In this document: in pieces, positions 9,326 to 18,312 of the stretch
How positions within the stretch are numbered: position 1 is the first letter of the stretch
Layout: the number at the start of each line of letters is the position of its first letter
NCBI GenBank assembly: GCA_965217865.1
Contig: CBDCJO010000002.1
Coordinates: forward strand, 1,184,001 to 1,248,000
Length of the DNA: 64,000 nucleotides
Reading direction: 5' to 3'
DNA from: Candidatus Latescibacterota bacterium
Lineage (GTDB): Bacteria > Latescibacterota > UBA2968 > SICM01
The notes under the pieces: model-generated
Database searches by the model: none
Told to the model about the DNA's origin: nothing
What the model saw: only the letters and a program-made list of their open reading frames with translations
Translations under genes and position numbers: made by a program

Positions 9326-10966
9326 TCACCAACCTACAGCATAACCGTCCCGTCGAGGGTCGGCGCCCCCGCCGAGGGCCCCGGTCTCCGGGTCCGCCAC
9401 GATCCCCTGCCCCCCACCGACCGCGGCTGACCAATCCGGAAGCAGATTCAGCTCGTGGCCAAGGTTCTTCAGGCCTTCCCGTACGTCTTCTGGGATGCGG
9501 GTTTCGATGTCCACGACGAGCCCCGGACGGGTGGCCTTAACGCGTGGGGCTTCGATCGCGGCCTGGAGATTCAGCCCGTGGTCGATCAAGTTCATCATCA
9601 TCTGCGGGGTGGTGAACAGAATTCCGTAGCTGCCCGGCGTACCGATCACGCAGAAGAGCTTTCCATCCCGCCAGATCTGCGCCGGGGACAAGCACATCTC
9701 GATCTTTTTCGACGGGCCCAGGACGTTGGGGCTCTCAGGCTCCAAATCGAACCAGTGCATAAAGCTGTTCAGGGCAATCCCAGTTCCGTCCACCACCATT
9801 CCTGATCCGAACCCTGTTCCGAGACTCTGTGTCACCGCGACCGCGTTCCCCTCTCCATCGACCACATCAAAATGGGTGGTGCATTCCTTCAATATGGCCC
9901 CCACGTCACCCGTCGCCACCTCCCCCGGAAGTCTGCTGGAAAGCGGGGTATACCGCTCCCCCCCTGTGACCTTCGCCCGCTCGCCGATCGCCTTGGCCCG
10001 TTCCGCCGCGTATGGCGTCGACAGCAATACCTGGGTCGGTGGGTCCGCAAGCGCGGAATAAGCCGCCCGGTCTACCTGAGCCAGCTTGCCGGCTTCGATA
10101 AACAGATGGAGGGACGAGGGGCTATTGTGTCCCAGGGATGCGATGTCGTATCCTTCCAGGATCTTTAGCGTTTCCAGATACTGGATCCCCTCGCAGGGGG
10201 GAGGCGGACAGAAAATCTCGAAGCCTCGATAGGTCGAGGAGATAGGATCTACCCATTGAGGCTCGAACCCTTCGAGGTCGGATTCCGTGATCAACCCTCC
10301 GTTTTTTTCGCAGCAGCCTACAATCGCATCGGCGATTTCTCCGGCGTAGAACGCTTCTGCGCCTCCCTCCACCACCTTGCGAAAAGTGGCGGCCAGGTCC
10401 TTTTGAACGAGAATTTCACCCGGAAGGGGGACTCGGCCCCCGGGCAGATAGGTCGCAACGGACGCCGGGAACGGAGAGAGGCGGGGACTGCACCCCTTAA
10501 AGAATTCGTGGTTCCTGATCGTAAACGGGTATCCGTTCTCCGCGTATTCGATAGCCGGGGCAAAAACGTCTGAGGGTTTCGATCTCCCATACCGGGAGAG
10601 GGCCTCCAACCACCCTCCGCACGCGCCCGGGACGAGGGGGGTCAGGGGTGCAGCGTTTTGCATTTCCGGTTTGTCGAACAACTTGAGCTCAGCGGCCTTC
10701 GGCGAAAGGCCCACATAGTCCAGGACCTTCAACTCGTCCTTCTTCGCGCTGTAGATGATCATATACCCCACACCCCCGATCCCGGACATGTAGGGTTCTG
10801 TCACATTCAACGCTGCGGCGGTGGCAACGGCCGCATCGATTGCATTTCCCCCTTCCATCAGGAGCCGAAGCCCCGCGATTGAAGCAAGGGGATGCGCGGA
10901 AGTCACCATCCCTCGTTTCGCTACGACCATCGGCCGATGGTCGGTACCCTTATCCGAAAGTGCCAT
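9326..10966 (-). CDS. ggt: Gamma-glutamyltransferase family protein
   Basis: GGNAIDAAVA, catalytic Thr in CTTHF, GTPG, DPRRDG. Confidence 0.93.
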   Translation of the reverse strand: MALSDKGTDHRPMVVAKRGMVTSAHPLASIAGLRLLMEGGNAIDAAVATAAALNVTEPYMSGIGGVGYMIIYSAKKDELKVLDYVGLSPKAAELKLFDKPEMQNAAPLTPLVPGACGGWLEALSRYGRSKPSDVFAPAIEYAENGYPFTIRNHEFFKGCSPRLSPFPASVATYLPGGRVPLPGEILVQKDLAATFRKVVEGGAEAFYAGEIADAIVGCCEKNGGLITESDLEGFEPQWVDPISSTYRGFEIFCPPPPCEGIQYLETLKILEGYDIASLGHNSPSSLHLFIEAGKLAQVDRAAYSALADPPTQVLLSTPYAAERAKAIGERAKVTGGERYTPLSSRLPGEVATGDVGAILKECTTHFDVVDGEGNAVAVTQSLGTGFGSGMVVDGTGIALNSFMHWFDLEPESPNVLGPSKKIEMCLSPAQIWRDGKLFCVIGTPGSYGILFTTPQMMMNLIDHGLNLQAAIEAPRVKATRPGLVVDIETRIPEDVREGLKNLGHELNLLPDWSAAVGGGQGIVADPETGALGGGADPRRDGYAVGW

Positions 10967-11024
10967 TTCGCCTCCGTTGATAGACAGAAGTCGAGTGATA
11001 CCGCGGAAACCTGAACGGAACTAT

Positions 11025-11106
11025 AAGATAAAAGCCGCTCTCGTTCAATGTCAAGGGAAAGAGCGGCTTCCAAAGGCCTTGACACGTGGGGTTGTTCTTG
11101 TAAATT
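11025..11106. promoter_or_regulatory. Back-to-back sigma70-like promoters
   Basis: TTGACA on - strand (11049-11054) with TATCTT 18 nt away; TTGACA on + strand (11079-11084) with TAAATT 16 nt away. Confidence 0.45.
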
Positions 11107-11276
11107 GAATCCGTTAAGCTCGAAGCCAGCGAGAGGGAATATGAGTTTCAACCGAACTACCCCTTTCCCCGCACCCAAGAAAGGCCGTATCTCGTATCTC
11201 GTGAATCGTATCTCGCAAGATTCCATGTTTATTGTTTTGGCTTTCACGCTTCACGAGATACGCTTCACGTTCTTTT

Positions 11277-12107
11277 ATGACAAAAGAGGAACTCTACAGG
11301 AAGATCGTCGAAGTCGGGCTGGAACGGCGAGGCACGTTAGGTGTTGCCGCTTGTCGATTGGATTCCGGCGAGGAGATCTGCTTCCAGGCCGATGGGGAGT
11401 ATCCCGCACCGAGCGTGATCGCGCTTCCGATACTTGTCGCTCTCCACCGGAAGGCTCAAGAAGGAAAACTGAGCCTGGAACAAACGGTGACACCCAAACC
11501 CGAGCACTATATGACGGGCACCGGGGTTCTTAACGACTTAACCCGTGACATCTCTCTCTCTTTAAGAAATCTCGCCACCTTGATGACCATCGTCAGCGAC
11601 AATGTGGCGACCAACCTGATTATCGACCTGGTGGGAATGGCTTACATCAACGAAACCATGCGGGATTACGGGTTGAACCACACATCGGTAAGACAACGAT
11701 TGGACTACGCCAGCAAGGCATGGCCGGATTTCAAACGGGTTGCGACCTCCTCTCCAGCGGACCTCGTCCTGCTCCTCTCAAAGTTGAGTCGCAGCGATAT
11801 TCTCACGCCCGAGGCCTGCGAGGCCGTGATCGGCGCCCTGAAGCAAAATCAGTATCAGGAGATGCTCCCACGCCAACTCCCCCGGGAAAGGCAGCGGGTG
11901 GTGTGGGTTGCTGACGTACCGGGAACCATCTGGTCCGTGAGGGCGGACGCCGGGCTTGTGGCCACTCCAGGCATGACATACGCCGTGGCGATCATCTTAC
12001 ACGGCATCAAGGGGGAACGCCGTGGGGGCCGTATCTTTGCAGACACGGACGGCTCGCACATCGTGGCTCGCCTCTCACGGCTGATCTTCGACTATTTCTC
12101 TCAGTAA
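11277..12107 (+). CDS. Class A beta-lactamase-fold (serine hydrolase) protein with degenerate active site
   Basis: SVIA where SxxK is expected, intact SDN (IVSDNVATN), DVPG where HKTG is expected. Confidence 0.8.
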   Translation: MTKEELYRKIVEVGLERRGTLGVAACRLDSGEEICFQADGEYPAPSVIALPILVALHRKAQEGKLSLEQTVTPKPEHYMTGTGVLNDLTRDISLSLRNLATLMTIVSDNVATNLIIDLVGMAYINETMRDYGLNHTSVRQRLDYASKAWPDFKRVATSSPADLVLLLSKLSRSDILTPEACEAVIGALKQNQYQEMLPRQLPRERQRVVWVADVPGTIWSVRADAGLVATPGMTYAVAIILHGIKGERRGGRIFADTDGSHIVARLSRLIFDYFSQ

Positions 12108-12177
12108 TCCGACCCGTTTTGTGGGTGGAAAGTTTGGATTTTGCATTTTGCATTTTGCATTTCCCCATAGGACCCAC

Positions 12178-12997
12178 GTGACCAGGAAATTTTATCCCCT
12201 ATTATTGATGTTATTTCTCGGCTTGAACTTGGGATATATCTCATTTTCCGAAGCCACCGAATGGGAAGTCGCGACCGAACCGATCACAGATATCACATCC
12301 TACACCGGAAACACTCCTCCCATCTGGGGATATCATCAATCCACGATCGTGCGTTCGGGAGAAAAACTGTATGCGGTGATCCTCGAGCCGTGGGGAGAAA
12401 ATCTTCAGCAGCAGTGGAGCCTTTTTGAGCGCTCCGAAGATTCCTGGAAACGAGTCTATTCGAGCCCCAGAGATCAGGAATTGAACCAACCTCCGATGGT
12501 GCTCGTCGATGGCATATAGGCCGGCTGCACGTTTTCGTCTGGCCCGAGGGAGTCTTCAACTACCTCCGTTTCGATCCGGAGGGAAATCTCGAAGAACCTG
12601 CGGTTGAGAAACCGGATACCCCGTACGACGATCTATGGCCTTATGCAGGAAGCGGAATCAATGCCGGAAATGATCTCTTGGGGATTGCGTCTCCTTACCC
12701 CGAGCATCGTTTCGCGTTTCGGGATGCGGGACGTGGAGTGTCGATACCGCCGTTTCCCACGCCCCCCGTCCGGAGTCGCCGTCCTAATGGGGAGGTGCCA
12801 GCATCAGATATTTCCGGGCGGATCCTGAGCCTTTGGAGGGGGATTTTGATAAGGACGGAAAGGTGGATCTATCCGATTTCTTCATGTTTGCGAATGTCTT
12901 CGGGAGTAACGACCCCCTCTATGACCTGAGTAAAAATGGAAAAGTCGACTTTGATGATTTCTTCATTTTCGCGAGTCAATTCGGGTTAAAGAGATAG
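12178..12997 (+). pseudogene. Frameshifted secreted protein with C-terminal double EF-hand/dockerin-like domain
   Basis: Signal peptide; frame break at about 12515 and again before about 12825; last frame GDFDKDGKVDLSDFFMFANVFG...DLSKNGKVDFDDFFIFASQFG. Confidence 0.7.
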
Positions 12998-13183
12998 GAA
13001 ATAGCTCGCTCCTGGATTGTTACTGAAGTCAAACTGAATTCTCAGGTCCTGAATCATTGCCTTTGGCCCGACGTTTCATTTCTCTCGAAAGAGCCATCCT
13101 TCGATGGATGCCAGGAAGTTAACGGTCGGGTTATCATTCTTCTTCCGACATTGTAGCAGGCGATCCGCAGAGAGTTCAAAACA

Positions 13184-13387
13184 TCCTGAGCGTAGTCGAA
13201 GGATGCTAGAGCATATAAGGCCTCCCTTTCCTTTACAAGGGAAACGGGAAGGCGAGATCATCTGATGACTTTTCCCAATTAAAGGTCACTTCGCCCTTCC
13301 CTTTAGGGAAGCAACGTCCTGAGCGCTGTCGAAGGAGGGGCGCAGGGGGTTTGACTCCTGATCGAATTTTATAGTCCGTCACTGGTT
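13184..13387. repeat. Cluster of REP-like palindromes
   Basis: tcctgagcg(tag/ctg)tcgaagga twice (13184, 13317), cccttccctttagggaag, and end sequence shared with 3388-3413. Confidence 0.55.
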
Positions 13388-13394
13388 TTCCGAC

Positions 13395-14168
13395 CTACTT
13401 CCTCAGCCATTTAACGTACGCGATGATGGCCTCCACCTGCTCGTCCGTGATGTGGCCTCTGTAGGCCGGCATTTTGATCGGTTGCCGCTGGAGAAACCAT
13501 CGGGCGATGGGGTTTTGGAGAAGGCGCTTCGGGGCGCCGTCTAGAATCCACTCTCGGAGCTCGGAATCGTTCTCCACCAGATCTGGAAAATCATCCCCGT
13601 CCCAAGCCGGGATATATCCTTTGAAAGCCCAAACATTCGGCATCGTCCCCCGTCCCTGGGGTCCGTGACACGAGAAACAGCCGAGCGTCCACGCCGCCAG
13701 CCTCCCCTCCTCCGCCCGGGAATCCTCTGGAGGCGATTCGAAATCCGATACGGCCTTGAAGAACGCAACCAGGTCTTCCAGATCATCTTCCGATATCATC
13801 CCCCTCCAGCCAGGCATATCGATCACTGCATTTTGACGCGGCCTCATCGCATCGGGATCATTCCGGATGCGTTTTGGAAGTCCGTCCAGGATCCATTCCC
13901 GAATCTCCTCTTCGTCCTCCACGTACTGCATCACGGTGCCGCCGTCGAATCGGGGAACATCACCAAATGCATAGCCAGGATTGGGCCCTCCCCGGATACC
14001 GCCCGGGCCGTGACACGTGAAACAACCCTTTTCCTGGGCGACCACGAAGCCCCGCTGTACTGGGGATACATTCTTCGTCCGCCACCATCGAAACCCGAGC
14101 ATCAAGCAGGCAAAACCGAGTGCAAGAATCCCGATCACAATTAAGATTTTTCGTTTTCTTCGCAACAT
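13395..14168 (-). CDS. Membrane-anchored dihaem cytochrome c
   Basis: N-terminal TM; CFTCH and CFSCH in two homologous halves (REWILDG; MPGW/MPAY). Confidence 0.9.
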   Translation of the reverse strand: MLRRKRKILIVIGILALGFACLMLGFRWWRTKNVSPVQRGFVVAQEKGCFTCHGPGGIRGGPNPGYAFGDVPRFDGGTVMQYVEDEEEIREWILDGLPKRIRNDPDAMRPRQNAVIDMPGWRGMISEDDLEDLVAFFKAVSDFESPPEDSRAEEGRLAAWTLGCFSCHGPQGRGTMPNVWAFKGYIPAWDGDDFPDLVENDSELREWILDGAPKRLLQNPIARWFLQRQPIKMPAYRGHITDEQVEAIIAYVKWLRK

Positions 14169-14258
14169 CTCTCCTCCAGACTCCGGCTCCTGCTATATAA
14201 AATGCCGCGGGCTTTTCCTTTGGCCCTTCACCTCAAATTTGTTATGATCTCCAGCCTC

Positions 14259-17111
14259 TTAAGGCGACCGAAGCGGTGATTGCCAAGCCTCTTTCAATTC
14301 GGAGACATCGGCCGAAACCACCCTTCGACCATCCACCCCCTTGACATTCAACTGCCTTCCCTCCCCGACCTCTCCGATCAGTCCGCACGCAACCCCCGCC
14401 ATCGCCCTTTCGAAAGCCGTTTGGTGTTCCGGGGCAACCTCAATGACAAACCTGGTGTTCGACTCCGAGAAAAGGACAAGATCGCTGCGGGAGATGTCAT
14501 CACTTACGGGGACAACGCCAAGGTCAACCTCTGCCCCGAGCCCACCCGCGAAGGCCATCTCCGACAGGGCAACGCCGATCCCCCCCTCGCTGCAGTCGTG
14601 ACAGGCCCGTACCGTTCCCTCAAGTATCGCTCGGTGAACCGAATCCATCACCCGCTTGCCGGTGACCGGTTCCACCTGCGGAACGACAGCCCCCCGTGCC
14701 CCGCGAACCATATAATAGTGCGACCCCCCCAGCTCATTCTTCGTCAGCCCGACGATATAGATGAGGTCGCCGGGGGCCTTCAGATCCATCGATACGACTT
14801 TCTCCACATCCTCGATGATCCCGATGGCAGATATAAGCAGGGTGGGGGGAATCGGGATGCTTTTTCCGTCAACCACATATTCGTTGTTGAGACTGTCCTT
14901 TCCCGAGATAAAAGGGGTCTCGTAGCCTATGGCGACGTCGTAGCATGCCTTCGCCGCGCGAACCAGCCCCCCCAGCCGATCCGGTTCATCTGGGTCCCCC
15001 CAACAGAAGTTGTCCAGCAGGGCCGTGCGTTTCCGGCTTCCCCCGACCGCAACGATCTGTCGAATCGCCTCGTCGATCGCTGAGGCAGCCATGTGATAGG
15101 GATCGAATTTCCCGTATTCCGGGTTGATACCGTTCGAAATCGCGATCCCGCGTTTCGACCCGAGCACGGGCTGGATCACCGCAGCATCCCCCGGACCGTC
15201 GTTGTTCGCCCCGACAAGAGGTTTGAGAACACTCCCCCCCTGCACCTCGTGGTCGTACTGACGAATCACCCATTCCTTGCTGCAGACGTTGGGAGATCCC
15301 AGGATGGCGATCAAGTCGGTTGTCAGGTCGTCCGGCTCCTCGAAATCGGAATCCCGAGAGGACGGCGGACGCCAGGTCGCCTTCCGTTCAACGCGGGGAA
15401 GGCCTTTATAGAGAAACGCCATGTCCAATTCCCCCACGAGGTTATCCCGGTAAAACAGACGAAGCGTCCTATCGCTCGTGAATCTCCCGATGGCGGTCGC
15501 CTCGACGTTCTCGGACCGGAAAAGGGAGATCAATGACGCGAGGTGTTCCGAGGGGACGGCCAGGACCATCCTCTCCTGTGCTTCGGATATCCAGCATTCG
15601 GTGTAAGATAGGCCGCGGTATTTAAGGGGCACCTTTTCAAGCTCAACGACGACACCGATCTCCTGCCCCATTTCCCCTACGGCCGACGAAAGCCCGCCTG
15701 CCCCGCAGTCCGTGATAGCCGTGTAGAGACCCCTGTCCCGGGCTTTGATCAGGACGTCCTGCATCTTTTTCTCGGTGATGGCATTACCGATCTGGACGGC
15801 CCCTCCGGATGACGTCTCGGATCGGTCGGTCAGGGCATCCGACGAAAACGTGGCCCCGTGAATCCCGTCCCGTCCCGTGCCTCCCCCAACAACGACCACC
15901 ATATCCCCCGGACACGCCGCTTTTTGGCTCATCCCCTTCGGCATCAAACCCACATCCCCACAGTAGACGAGGGGATTTCCGATATAGCCCTCGTCGAAGC
16001 ATATCGCACCGTTGAGGGTCGGGATCCCCATCCGGTTGCCGTAATCGCGCACCCCTGAAACCACGCCTTTAAAGAGGCGTTTGGGATGGAGGCATCCCTT
16101 GGGCAGCTTTTCATTCGGCCAGTCGAGCGGTCCGAAACAGAACACGTCGGTATTGGCGATCGGTTTGGCACCCAACCCCGTCCCCAGTATGTCCCGGATG
16201 ACCCCCCCCACGCCCGTTCCCGCCCCCCCGTAGGGTTCCAGGGCGGAGGGGTGATTGTGCGTCTCGACTTTGAAGCAGATGTCGAATGCGTCATCGAATT
16301 CGATCACGCCAGCGTTATCCGAAAATACCGACACGCACCAGGGAGCGTTCAACTCCTTTGTCGCCCGAATCACGGTGGAGCGGAGGAGATTGTCGATGAC
16401 TTCCCCTTCATATTCAATAAGACCTTTGAAAGTCTTGTGGACGCAGTGCTCCGACCACGTCTGTGCAAGCGTCTCCAGTTCCACGTCCGTCGGATCCCCC
16501 CCGAGTCTTCGATAGTGGTCCCGAATGGCCCGCATCTCTTCGAGGTTGAGGGAGAGCTGTCCCTCCCTGCTGATTCTTTTGAGGGTGTCATCGTCGGCTT
16601 CTCGGATCGGGACCCTGATGATCTGCAGTTCATATTCAACCCCCGGCACGGCGGGTTCGCCTCCCCCGAGGACGACGTGCTGGATGACACTGTTCGCCAG
16701 CAGGCTTTCGGACAGTGTCTGAATCTCTTCCTTCGTGAAATCTCCCCGGATGTCATACTGTTTGGCCGTACGGACCGATGTCGTGATTTCGATTCCAAGA
16801 TCCTGAATGCCCTTCCGGACGCTGGCCTCGACGGGATCCATGACGCCGGGATTATAGGCCACCTCGACCACTTGACTATGATCATCGGGCGCGGGTCCGA
16901 TCCGGTAGACCTGAGTCAGCGGATCCGCGAGGAGATCCCCGGCGATCTTTTCAGCTTCCGCCAGGGACAGATCCCCCTCGATGTAGTAGACATCCGAAAC
17001 CGATACGGAGGTCACTCCGCCCACCCCCAAATCCAGGATTCCCCGCGTGACGGCATCGCCTGCAACGTCAGGGACGCCGGGCTTCAGATGGATCTCGATT
17101 CGAAAGGACAT
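14259..17111 (-). CDS. purL: Phosphoribosylformylglycinamidine synthase subunit PurL with N-terminal PurS-like domains
   Basis: QTWSEHC, KVETHNHPS, GRDGIHGATF, DCGAGG, SGKDSL, HDCSEGG. Confidence 0.95.
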   Translation of the reverse strand: MSFRIEIHLKPGVPDVAGDAVTRGILDLGVGGVTSVSVSDVYYIEGDLSLAEAEKIAGDLLADPLTQVYRIGPAPDDHSQVVEVAYNPGVMDPVEASVRKGIQDLGIEITTSVRTAKQYDIRGDFTKEEIQTLSESLLANSVIQHVVLGGGEPAVPGVEYELQIIRVPIREADDDTLKRISREGQLSLNLEEMRAIRDHYRRLGGDPTDVELETLAQTWSEHCVHKTFKGLIEYEGEVIDNLLRSTVIRATKELNAPWCVSVFSDNAGVIEFDDAFDICFKVETHNHPSALEPYGGAGTGVGGVIRDILGTGLGAKPIANTDVFCFGPLDWPNEKLPKGCLHPKRLFKGVVSGVRDYGNRMGIPTLNGAICFDEGYIGNPLVYCGDVGLMPKGMSQKAACPGDMVVVVGGGTGRDGIHGATFSSDALTDRSETSSGGAVQIGNAITEKKMQDVLIKARDRGLYTAITDCGAGGLSSAVGEMGQEIGVVVELEKVPLKYRGLSYTECWISEAQERMVLAVPSEHLASLISLFRSENVEATAIGRFTSDRTLRLFYRDNLVGELDMAFLYKGLPRVERKATWRPPSSRDSDFEEPDDLTTDLIAILGSPNVCSKEWVIRQYDHEVQGGSVLKPLVGANNDGPGDAAVIQPVLGSKRGIAISNGINPEYGKFDPYHMAASAIDEAIRQIVAVGGSRKRTALLDNFCWGDPDEPDRLGGLVRAAKACYDVAIGYETPFISGKDSLNNEYVVDGKSIPIPPTLLISAIGIIEDVEKVVSMDLKAPGDLIYIVGLTKNELGGSHYYMVRGARGAVVPQVEPVTGKRVMDSVHRAILEGTVRACHDCSEGGIGVALSEMAFAGGLGAEVDLGVVPVSDDISRSDLVLFSESNTRFVIEVAPEHQTAFERAMAGVACGLIGEVGEGRQLNVKGVDGRRVVSADVSELKEAWQSPLRSP

Positions 17112-17215
17112 GGGGATCCTCGTGACGAAAAGATCGGGATTGGCCGAGGAGAGAAAAAACAGATGCGATAAACTGGAACGTTTGGCAAGGGTGAGATATC
17201 TTCCGATGCTTCTCA

Positions 17216-18082
17216 TTAATGCTCAGTGATCTTCAAAAACACTTCCACCTGGGCATTCTTTTTCGCCCTCCAGTCTGAAATGAGGTCGCATCCGGCCTGG
17301 ACGAACGGAAGGTTCTGTTGGAACACCTGGCGGTCGGATAACATTCGGATGGCCGTCTCCTCCAGCACCTCCAGGTCGTGCCACGTGCCTAAGGCCTCCT
17401 GAATCTCCCGCATTCGTGCAATCCGCCGTTTGAACGACCCCAATCGGAGTTCATCCGAGATTTCCAGAATATATCTGAGGCGCTTGGTTACGATCCTGGT
17501 ATTGTGGAGGTCTTCGGTTTTTATACCCTCCCTCGCCACGACAAGGGCTTTCATGAACATCCCTTCACGATCGGCAATCTGGGACTGAGCCCTCAATAAG
17601 ATCTTCGCACGGGTAATGGCCGGTTCCGGGATGCCGGATCGATCTTGTCCCTCTCCGAATCCCCTGATCAATCTCTCCAGATCCTTCCGGAGGTCGGCAA
17701 GACCCAGAGAACGAAGCGAACGGACCATCTTGCGGAAGCGCCTCTTCCGACGAACGCTGAGATCTTTCTCCATAAATCGTAGGGTCTGGCGCGTAACGGC
17801 GTCCGCATACTTCCGTGTCTTTCGAAAATATTCAATCATGACATCCAGATCTCGAACCCCGGACTGGATGCGTCTGGCACGTCGCACCACCTTGATCACA
17901 TTCTCGCACCCAGAGTCATCGGAAAAACCGAGCCGCAGGATCTCCTGAAGCCGACGGGATGCGACCCGCATGTCGTGGATGGCCTCAGGATCTTTCCCTT
18001 CAAGAACAGCGGTCTCGAAGGAGAAAAAGGTCTTTGCCTTAACTTTCAAGACCTCTTGGAATCTATCCCTCATCCTGAGCAT
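17216..18082 (-). CDS. CHAD domain protein
   Basis: IHDMRVASRRL, RDLDV, LHNTRIVTKRLRY, LGTWHD. Confidence 0.9.
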   Translation of the reverse strand: MLRMRDRFQEVLKVKAKTFFSFETAVLEGKDPEAIHDMRVASRRLQEILRLGFSDDSGCENVIKVVRRARRIQSGVRDLDVMIEYFRKTRKYADAVTRQTLRFMEKDLSVRRKRRFRKMVRSLRSLGLADLRKDLERLIRGFGEGQDRSGIPEPAITRAKILLRAQSQIADREGMFMKALVVAREGIKTEDLHNTRIVTKRLRYILEISDELRLGSFKRRIARMREIQEALGTWHDLEVLEETAIRMLSDRQVFQQNLPFVQAGCDLISDWRAKKNAQVEVFLKITEH

Positions 18083-18139
18083 TTCTTTATCTCACACGGA
18101 ACAAATGTCAATGACGACTGCCCACTACTACTGCCTTTG

Positions 18140-18235
18140 TCGTCTCACGTCCGACGTTTTTTCAATCTTCAATCTTCGATCTTCAATTATCTTCAATATT
18201 CAATTTCCTCCGACCCCTGACCTCTGGCCTCCCAC
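18140..18235. repeat. Degenerate heptamer tandem array
   Basis: ttcaatc units then ctgaccc/ctggcct units. Confidence 0.6.
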
Positions 18236-18312
18236 ACCCCGCCATCAACAGATTGCGGGATACAGGCCGATGCCCGTATCCCGCGCACGATGTCATACTG
18301 GACTTACGCTTT

